Origin: Gemmatimonadota bacterium
Lineage (GTDB): Bacteria; Latescibacterota; UBA2968; UBA8231
DNA length: 15,303 bases
Reading direction: 5' to 3'
Assembly (NCBI GenBank): GCA_038153405.1
Contig: JAYOYH010000054.1
Span: 1 to 15,303 of the forward strand
The notes under the pieces were generated by a model. The model was given only the letters and a program-made list of their open reading frames with translations. It was not told the origin of the DNA and made no database searches. Shown here in pieces: positions 1-6,893 of the stretch; the stretch's first letter is position 1; the number at the start of each line of letters is the position of its first letter. A program made the translations under genes and the position numbers.

Positions 1-422
1 CTACGGGAAAACGGACCCCTGTAAAATCGGAAACAGATTACTGCGCGACAACTCTGTTTTTATGGCATTGATCATGGATGCCCATCCTTGGTAAGTGGCG
101 ATGAGCGGCCCGTATGCAGGAATGCCGTTGGATTCCTCGTTCTCTACTCTCTGAAACCGGAACATTTCAACGAGGACGTGTACGATGGCGGCGGATCGGT
201 TTGTACTTTTGTTGGGCCTTCTAACCAAATCTGATGGCATGACCTGCGCCAAGCTCGCACAGGTGTGAATTTATTATCATGAGTTGGCAAACCAGATGCG
301 GATTGGGCGGTTTCATGAACAGCAACTTCCAGAACAGTTAATCTATCTGATTAAATAGATCGCTTAAATAATTAAGGTACATCAACTTAAAGTATATAAA
401 TATAGTGCAATTAAATATCGAT

Positions 423-454
423 ATACTAACGATAATACCTGTTATCGTTAGTAT
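423..454. repeat. Perfect 13-bp inverted repeat with 6-bp spacer; candidate tyrosine-recombinase core site
   Basis: ATACTAACGATAA-tacctg-TTATCGTTAGTAT. The inverted repeat is directly visible. The inner ATAA-N6-TTAT geometry matches Xer/dif-type sites; the functional role is inferred. Confidence 0.6.
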
Positions 455-499
455 TAGGTAAGGCCGGTATTATTCATTTAATGGGTTGATCGCCGCATC

Positions 500-2098
500 T
501 TATGAAGTTAAGTGGTCTACCACTATCGGAAGGCTGACGGTAAAGGTCGACCCGCTACCGAGTTTGCTCTTTACGGAAATGTTCCCACCCAACAAGCGGG
601 ACAACCGTTGGCTTATAGCCAGCCCTAGGCCAGTTCCTTCTTCCCTTAACTTTCGCGAACTACTGCGCTGTTCGTATGGGCTAAAAATCCCTTCGATGTC
701 TTCGTCAGAAATGCCTATACCTGAATCAGAAATATTAAAGTTTACCCACTGTTGGCGCGGCTTAGGCTCGAACGAAGCCTCAATTATCACCTCTCCGTTT
801 TCAGTGAATTTGCAGGCATTCCCAATAATATTGATCAAGACTTGGCGCAGTTTGCCTGGATCAACTCTGATTGAAATTGCCTCGTCTGGCAAATTCACTA
901 TGAGCCGATTTTGTTTTCGCTCGGCCAAAATATGTGCTTCGGGTAAAATATCCTCTAAAAATTGTTTCAATACGAGGTTTTGGGGCGCTAAGTCGATATT
1001 CCCTGATTCTATTTTGCTTATGTCCAGCACGTCGTTAATTTGATAGAGTAAATTAAGCCCAGATTGCCGCACATGACCTATATATGTGGCAATCTCCTCA
1101 ACATTGGAAAAATCGCCTATATCTTCTAACTCTTCCAAGCACAGTTCACTATAGCCAATAATAGCATTGAGCGGCGTGCGTAATTCGTGGCTCATATTGG
1201 CCAAAAAGGTGGTTTTTGTATCATTCGCTTTGATTGCTATATCGAGAGCATTGGATAGTTCAAATGTCCGTTTTTCAACTGTTTCCTCTAATTCCTGCTT
1301 ATTTTCGTAAATCCTTTCTACAAAGAGAGAAAAGTGACTTCGCAAATCGTCGATTTCAGTTATGGGTGATTGAAAGGTAAATTCGGGCTTGGGGCCTAGT
1401 TCATCTTCGTCGATGGCTAAGCGCGTTTTATCGGCGAGCTGTTTTATGGGGACTGCAAGCGTGCTCGTTTGCATGCGCCAAGAGGCAAAAACAATTACCC
1501 CAAAACCTATGGTGACAACGCCTGTTAGAATGAAAAACTGCTTCCAAATCACCTCTTGCTCTTTTCTATTGTCCTGAGAAATGAGCTCAATTTTTTCTTC
1601 TGTATCTCCAAACATATCTACCAACCGCTCTGTTGCCACCAAATAGAGTTTCTGTTGATCTTTTGGGGCTGGAACGCCTTGGGAATTCCCTGTAGATACA
1701 GTTGTAGATAATTGGATAGTTCGAGTGATTAGCTTAAGATCGCTTTCGAAAATCGGATCAACCAGTTTATACTGTGCGTTTGAATATGTCCGTAGACGCG
1801 AAAGACACTCTAAGGATTTTTCAACGTAGCCATAGGTTGCATTGGCTAAATATGTATTGCCGCCAGACAAGACGAGGTCTGCGCAGAGCAAGGCATTTGA
1901 GACATAGCCTCCGCATTCCTGTGTAAGTCGTAGCGCTTCCTGATCTTTTAAGGTTTTTTCTTGGAAGTTTATACCAAATAACAGGCGCCAAACAACTAGG
2001 CCAATGCCGATCAACCCGAATAAACACAGCATGAGATTGTGCCGCGCTAAATAAAAACCAATCTGAACGTGCGATGAGTCAGGTTTAGTTTTTGGCAA
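500..2098 (-). CDS. Membrane-bound sensor histidine kinase (2 TM, extracytoplasmic domain, HAMP, HisKA, HATPase_c), no receiver domain
   Basis: H-box FLANMSHELRTPLNAIIGY, N-box QVLINIIGNACKFT, G1 DSGIGI, G2 GTGLGL. Hydrophobic segments LMLCLFGLIGIGLVVW and FFILTGVVTIGFGVIVFASW. Start uncertain: TTG at 2098 or ATG at 2032. Confidence 0.93.
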   Translation of the reverse strand: MPKTKPDSSHVQIGFYLARHNLMLCLFGLIGIGLVVWRLLFGINFQEKTLKDQEALRLTQECGGYVSNALLCADLVLSGGNTYLANATYGYVEKSLECLSRLRTYSNAQYKLVDPIFESDLKLITRTIQLSTTVSTGNSQGVPAPKDQQKLYLVATERLVDMFGDTEEKIELISQDNRKEQEVIWKQFFILTGVVTIGFGVIVFASWRMQTSTLAVPIKQLADKTRLAIDEDELGPKPEFTFQSPITEIDDLRSHFSLFVERIYENKQELEETVEKRTFELSNALDIAIKANDTKTTFLANMSHELRTPLNAIIGYSELCLEELEDIGDFSNVEEIATYIGHVRQSGLNLLYQINDVLDISKIESGNIDLAPQNLVLKQFLEDILPEAHILAERKQNRLIVNLPDEAISIRVDPGKLRQVLINIIGNACKFTENGEVIIEASFEPKPRQQWVNFNISDSGIGISDEDIEGIFSPYEQRSSSRKLREEGTGLGLAISQRLSRLLGGNISVKSKLGSGSTFTVSLPIVVDHLTS

Positions 2099-2221
2099 AG
2101 AGATGATCTCGATATTTTACAAAGTACGTGCTATAAAGTGCGCATTGTAGAGTTGGCAAGTCCGCCGTTATAACGGTTGATTGGCACCTTTTATCGACTT
2201 ATCGACCTTTAAATGCATTTA

Positions 2222-2578
2222 CTAGCGGAAGCGTTCAATTTTTTCGATGAGTGATTCGATTATGATGGGCTTCGTCGTAAAGTCATCACACCCTGAAGCC
2301 AGTGCTGCAGTGCGGTCTGCTTCTAAAGCATGGGCTGTGACGGCAATTACGGGGATCGCACTCGTCTGGGAATTTGCCTTGAGCCTCCGCGTTGCTTCTA
2401 AGCCGTCTATGCCCGGCAGGCCTATATCCATAAGGATTACGTTGAACGGTGTTTCTAACACCAATTCGATGCCGTCCTCGGCTGAGTTCGCACAGGTGAC
2501 CGTATAGCCGCGCCTCAGCAGACGCTTTCTCAACATTTCAGTGTTGACAGGATTATCCTCTACCAATAACAGATGCAT
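2222..2578 (-). CDS. Single-domain response regulator (CheY/DivK-like receiver)
   Basis: 118 aa with acidic pocket LLVEDN, phosphoacceptor ILMDIGLPGIDG, conserved T in VTAHA and KP in TKPI; no output domain. Confidence 0.95.
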   Translation of the reverse strand: MHLLLVEDNPVNTEMLRKRLLRRGYTVTCANSAEDGIELVLETPFNVILMDIGLPGIDGLEATRRLKANSQTSAIPVIAVTAHALEADRTAALASGCDDFTTKPIIIESLIEKIERFR

Positions 2579-2606
2579 CGAATATTTGTCCTGTCTTTTT
2601 TAAATG

Positions 2607-2660
2607 AACGATCCAATAGGACCAATATATATAAACGATCTAATAGGACCAATATACATA
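2607..2660. repeat. Tandem 27-bp direct repeat, 2 copies
   Basis: AACGATCCAATAGGACCAATATATATA (2607-2633) and AACGATCTAATAGGACCAATATACATA (2634-2660), 2 mismatches. Confidence 0.9.
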
Positions 2661-2836
2661 ACAATTACATGCAGACGTAACTTTTTAAAATGTCTACGGA
2701 AAATTACAAAACTATACCGATGGCCTATCCATTTTCAACTCACCTTGAACTTTCACAATGAAAATTTCTGAGCACGGTGATTTTTCTCATTTGTTTAGTT
2801 CGCCATTATTTCTGTAGTGCGCAATAAACCCCGTAG

Positions 2837-2845
2837 TGGTATATT
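2837..2845 (+). promoter_or_regulatory. Possible extended -10 promoter element for the recombinase gene
   Basis: TG-G-TATATT about 50 bp upstream of the ATG at 2897; the -35 region (GTGCGC) is a poor match. Confidence 0.25.
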
Positions 2846-2896
2846 TGCCTTAAACATAGTATTTCAAATCGTCCCGTCCATCGGACCTTTCTTTAA

Positions 2897-3865
2897 ATGA
2901 GCTTGAATAAAAAAGGCAATTTAGTCCGCAGCACAACGCCTAATATACGCCCCGTTATCGCCGACGACCCCATAGAACAATTTCTCACCGGCCAGCTTAG
3001 TCAACGCACGCGCAGGGCCTACGAATCGGATTTGCGGCACTTTTTCTTTTTTTTGGAATTAGACGCGATAAACATCAGCCAACTGCGAGCCATCACGTTT
3101 CGCGAAGTTACGGCCTTTCGAAACCACTTAGCCGAACTTGGCTACAAGCGCACCAGCATCAATCGAAAGCTGTCTAGCCTCAAGGGGTTGTTCACATTGC
3201 TCGTAGCCACGGGCCATATTGAGACCAATCCGGCCGATTCCAATTTAGTTCGGGGTTTTAAAGTCGACGATGCGCTAGCGGGAAAAGCAATATCACCCCA
3301 GGCGCTTAAAGCTATTTTCAACGCGATAAACCAAACAGAAAACGAGCTGCTAAGAGCCAGAGATCGCGCTATTTTTCAATTGCTTATTTACGGCGGATTA
3401 AGGCGTTCGGAAGTGGCGAATATGCACTGGAAGGATATTCTGCAAGAAGGCGTATTTACTGTACTTTCCCTACCCGATACCAAATCGGGCACGGTGCAGG
3501 AAATCAAGCTACAAGATACCGTTATCCACTATCTCGACCTCTATCGCCAAACCCTCTTACACCACGGATACAGCGCCGAGAATGCCATTTTTATCAGTCT
3601 CGCACGCAACCACTCGCACGGCAAGCAGTTGACAGATCAATCAATTAACTTAATTGTAAAAAAGCACGCGCTAAGAGCCGGTGTCGATAGCAAAATTACC
3701 GCCCACATGTTTCGCCACACCTGCTGCACGTTAGCCATTGAAGGCGGAGCCAAACCACAGCAAGTTCAGGCACACCTGCGTCACAAGGATTTAAAGACGA
3801 CAATGCGTTATTACGAAAACCGAGAAAAATTAGTAGATAATGCTTCCGATTATATAAGGGTTTAA
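2897..3865 (+). CDS. Tyrosine recombinase/integrase, XerC/XerD-like, with N-terminal SAM-like binding domain
   Basis: 322 aa. N-terminal TRRAYESDL...SINRKLSSLK. Catalytic set: R (GGLRRSEV), K (DTKSG), HxxR (HMFRHT), H (HLRHKD) and Y (TTMRYY). Confidence 0.95.
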   Translation: MSLNKKGNLVRSTTPNIRPVIADDPIEQFLTGQLSQRTRRAYESDLRHFFFFLELDAINISQLRAITFREVTAFRNHLAELGYKRTSINRKLSSLKGLFTLLVATGHIETNPADSNLVRGFKVDDALAGKAISPQALKAIFNAINQTENELLRARDRAIFQLLIYGGLRRSEVANMHWKDILQEGVFTVLSLPDTKSGTVQEIKLQDTVIHYLDLYRQTLLHHGYSAENAIFISLARNHSHGKQLTDQSINLIVKKHALRAGVDSKITAHMFRHTCCTLAIEGGAKPQQVQAHLRHKDLKTTMRYYENREKLVDNASDYIRV

Positions 3866-3882
3866 TTTTATTTTTTCACATT

Positions 3883-3910
3883 CATTTACATAATTTTACA
3901 TATGTGTTTT
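3883..3910 (-). other. Degenerate dif-like site (11-6-11)
   Basis: Minus strand AAAACACATAT-GTAAAA-TTATGTAAATG. Right arm is identical to that of the 6843-6870 site; left arm is degenerate. Confidence 0.35.
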
Positions 3911-3920
3911 TTTTAAATTG

Positions 3921-3942
3921 GAGGATTACTTATTTGATCCTC
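3921..3942. terminator. Weak hairpin between the convergent recombinase and leuS genes
   Basis: GAGGAT(TA)...(TG)ATCCTC stem abutting the leuS stop codon; U-tract is poor. Confidence 0.3.
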
Positions 3943-6834
3943 TTAATTTCCCACGACAATATTCACAATTCGCCCAGGTACCACAATAAAACGCTTTATT
4001 ACAGCACTCTCGGGAATGAATTTTCGCACGTTTTCCATAGCGAGAACGCGTGTTTTTAAGTCTTCTTCGGATATATCTACCGGCGTTTCTATTTGACCGC
4101 GCATTTTGCCGTTAACCTGTATAGGCAGCGTTATCGTGTCCTCAGCCGCCAGGCCCTCATCGGCAATGGGCCATGCTCTATGTGCCAAAACGCCCTCGCC
4201 CCAACCCGCTCTCTGCCACAGTTCTTCGGCTATATGAGGAGCCATTGGGTTGAGTAAGGCAAGAAACGTTTCGGCGATTTCCGCCGGTATTGAATCCGTG
4301 CCAACGAGTTGGTTATTCCACTCGATCATGGCCGCAATGGCTGTATTAAATCGTAGATGTTCGATGTGATCGGTTACGCGTAGGATCGTCTGGTGCATTT
4401 GCTTGCGCTGATCGCCGGTTGCTTCTCCGGCAATTTTAACGGCCCCCTCAATATCGATAAAGTTGCGCCAAACGCGCTGCAAAAAGCGCTGCATGCCGCG
4501 AATGCCTTCCATACTCCAAGGCGTGCTGGCCTCCAACGGACCCATATACATCTCGTAGAGGCGCAGCGTATCGACGCCAAACTCTTCCCCCACTTCCTCA
4601 GGAGGGAGGCCATTCTTGTAGCGCTTGCCCATCTTGCCGGCTGTGCGCACGAGGCGAGCTCCACTTTCTCGGTGATATCCTTCGCCATCGCGCAGTTCCA
4701 CCTGGCGAATATCCACATAGACACCGCGCTCGTCTTGAAACGCATCCGCTGTAATCATGCCCTGGTTAAATAGCTTCTTAAACGGCTCCGGAGTGGAAAC
4801 GAAGCCCAGATCGTACAGCACCTTATGCCAGAAGCGCGCATAGAGCAGATGCAATACAGCGTGCTCAGCCCCCCCCACATACAGGTCGACGGGCATGAAG
4901 TATTGCTCTGCATGCTCACCGCAAAATGCGCTATCGTTATTCGGGTCAATAAAGCGGAGATAATACCAGCACGAACCCGCCCACTGAGGCATTACGTTGA
5001 GTTCGCGCTCGGCTATCGTTCCATCCTCTAATGCTAGGGATCGCCAGGCTTCCCCCGCCCGATAAAGAGGCGGTTGCACGGGACGATCGGGATCATCCGA
5101 AGTCTCCGGGCGAAAATCATCCATTTCGGGTAGCACAACGGGAGGATCAATCGCCACTGTATATCCATCTGGGTGGGCTGCGAGGGGAAAAGGTTCACCC
5201 CAATAGCGCTGTCGAGAAAAAATCCAATCGCGCAGTTTATAGTTGACTGCTTTCTTTCCCAATCCCTTAGCTTCCAAAAGTTCGGTAATCTTTGCCTTGG
5301 CCTCAGATGTAGCCAGCCCATTAATGTCAAAATCACTTGGGGCGTTCTCGGACGGCGAATTGATGCTGGAGCCCTGTCCACTATAGCAGCGATCTCTGCC
5401 GTCGCCGCCCTCTACAACGTCGACAATAGGCAAGCCATATTTCTCGGCAAATTCGAAATCGCGCTCATCGTGAGCGGGAACAGCCATGATCGCCCCGGAG
5501 CCATAATCCATGCTGACGTAATCGGCGACAAAAACGGGAATCGTTGCTCCATTGACGGGATTGCGTGCGTAAAAACCACTAAATACCCCCGTCTTTTCCC
5601 GCTCTTCTCTATCTGCGGCCGTTTTCTGTGCGGCCTGTTCCCCATAGCTCTCCAACGCACTGCGAATTGTTTGCTGTGGGTCATTGCCGCGCCAGCGTTC
5701 GTCCGTTTCGGCTGGCCAAGTCTCAGGAACATTATACATCTCGCTGGGGGAAGAAACGAGCGGATGCTGGGGAGCAAGGACCATAAACGTAGCGCCAAAT
5801 AGCGTATCGGGTCGAGTTGTGTATACGCGCAGCGAAGAGTGCACATCGTTTGTGTCGGATTTCAGTACATCAAATAACACCTCGGCACCTTCACTGCGAC
5901 CAATCCAATTGGCCTGCATGAGCTTTATCGCAACGGGCCAATCTAGCGTGAAGGGCTCTTGGTCATTTCCCTGGGCCAGCGGCGCTTCTAAATCTTCGAG
6001 CAGGCGGTCGGCATAAGCGGTTATGCGCATAATCCACTGCTTTAATGGGCGCTTGTATACGGGGAAATTTCCGCGTTCGCTCTTACCGTCGTTAGTGACT
6101 TCTTCGTTGGCCAGCACTGTGCCCAGACCAGGGCACCAGTTTACGACGATTTCGTCCTGGTAGGCTAATCGATAACCGTTTAAAACCGCCTGCTGTTGGA
6201 CCGTGCTGAGATCATTCCATGGGGTATCCACATCCCCAGCTAATACGCGGCAGTCTTCTGAGCTATAGGTGCGCTTACCGGCGGCGAAGGATTCGGCGAG
6301 TTTAGTAATGGGAAGCGCCTTGCCTTTAATGGGTCGCCCATTGGCGTCGGTCCATTCGTGATCAGCGTCGAAATAACTCGCGTAAAGGCGGGCAAAAATC
6401 CACTGCGTCCAGCGATAGTACTCTTCGCTGGAAGTGGCAATTTCGCGATCCCAATCATAGCCCAGTCCTAGGAACTGTAACTGCGCTCGAATCGCATTGA
6501 TGTTGTCTTCCGTTACGATGGCCGGATGAATATTGTGTTCTATGGCGTATTGCTCAGTCGGCAGGCCAAAGCTGTCAAAGCCCATTGGGTGCAAGACATT
6601 GAACCCCTGCATACGCTTAAATCGGCTGTAAATATCGCTGGCAATGTAGCCCTTTGGATGCCCAATATGCAGTCCGGCCCCGCTGGGATAGGGAAACATA
6701 TCGAGGACATAGCACTTGGGTTTTTCTGGATCAAACCCCTCGTCTTCGGGCCCCTGCGTGCGGAAGGTCTTTTGGTCCAACCAAAAGGTTCGCCACTTCT
6801 CTTCGATTTCTTGGAAATTGTATTGCCCACTCAT
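3943..6834 (-). CDS. leuS: Leucine--tRNA ligase
   Basis: 963 aa. MFPYPSGAGLHIGH (HIGH motif), editing domain YTTRPDTLFGATF and GAIMAVPAHDERD, DWIFSRQRYWGEP, YVGGAEHAVLHLLYARFW, KMGKR at the KMSKS position, C-terminal QVNGKMRG and VPGRIVNIV. Confidence 0.98.
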   Translation of the reverse strand: MSGQYNFQEIEEKWRTFWLDQKTFRTQGPEDEGFDPEKPKCYVLDMFPYPSGAGLHIGHPKGYIASDIYSRFKRMQGFNVLHPMGFDSFGLPTEQYAIEHNIHPAIVTEDNINAIRAQLQFLGLGYDWDREIATSSEEYYRWTQWIFARLYASYFDADHEWTDANGRPIKGKALPITKLAESFAAGKRTYSSEDCRVLAGDVDTPWNDLSTVQQQAVLNGYRLAYQDEIVVNWCPGLGTVLANEEVTNDGKSERGNFPVYKRPLKQWIMRITAYADRLLEDLEAPLAQGNDQEPFTLDWPVAIKLMQANWIGRSEGAEVLFDVLKSDTNDVHSSLRVYTTRPDTLFGATFMVLAPQHPLVSSPSEMYNVPETWPAETDERWRGNDPQQTIRSALESYGEQAAQKTAADREEREKTGVFSGFYARNPVNGATIPVFVADYVSMDYGSGAIMAVPAHDERDFEFAEKYGLPIVDVVEGGDGRDRCYSGQGSSINSPSENAPSDFDINGLATSEAKAKITELLEAKGLGKKAVNYKLRDWIFSRQRYWGEPFPLAAHPDGYTVAIDPPVVLPEMDDFRPETSDDPDRPVQPPLYRAGEAWRSLALEDGTIAERELNVMPQWAGSCWYYLRFIDPNNDSAFCGEHAEQYFMPVDLYVGGAEHAVLHLLYARFWHKVLYDLGFVSTPEPFKKLFNQGMITADAFQDERGVYVDIRQVELRDGEGYHRESGARLVRTAGKMGKRYKNGLPPEEVGEEFGVDTLRLYEMYMGPLEASTPWSMEGIRGMQRFLQRVWRNFIDIEGAVKIAGEATGDQRKQMHQTILRVTDHIEHLRFNTAIAAMIEWNNQLVGTDSIPAEIAETFLALLNPMAPHIAEELWQRAGWGEGVLAHRAWPIADEGLAAEDTITLPIQVNGKMRGQIETPVDISEEDLKTRVLAMENVRKFIPESAVIKRFIVVPGRIVNIVVGN

Positions 6835-6842
6835 AGTTTTTC

Positions 6843-6870
6843 CATTTACATAAATATATTTATATGAATA
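6843..6870 (-). other. Candidate dif site (XerC/XerD-type recombination site)
   Basis: Minus strand TATTCATATAA-ATATAT-TTATGTAAATG, compared by eye with the Firmicutes-type dif ACTTCCTATAA-TATATA-TTATGTAAACT: 8/11 and 9/11 arm identity with exact 6-bp spacing. Intergenic and AT-rich. Confidence 0.5.
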
Positions 6871-6893
6871 AACTCATGTTAGTTTCCGCTCTA

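Noticed and set aside
1..252. 83-aa minus-strand ORF, and a roughly 70-codon open plus-strand frame at 25-234
   Set aside because: No recognisable motif and no convincing RBS or start. It could be a gene remnant but cannot be supported from sequence alone.
284..300. Sigma-54-like TTGGCA-N7-TGC (GG-N10-GC) on the plus strand
   Set aside because: Only a partial consensus match, and it points at no plus-strand gene.
341..424. Short palindromes ATCTAT-N8-ATAGAT, CTTAA-N4-TTAAG and ATATCGATAT
   Set aside because: Expected by chance in very AT-rich DNA.
486..1043. 185-aa plus-strand ORF and the other antisense or alternate-frame ORFs across the window (e.g. 5173-5802, 9741-10334, 14299-14697)
   Set aside because: Shadow frames lying within well-supported genes, with no protein motifs of their own.
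2607..2660. Tandem repeat as a CRISPR remnant
   Set aside because: Two abutting copies with no spacer and no cas genes.
2817..2844. GTGCGCAATAA-ACCCCG-TAGTGGTATAT as a further dif-like site upstream of the recombinase
   Set aside because: The inner TTAT of the right arm is missing and the left arm is out of register with the XerC consensus. It is better explained as promoter sequence.
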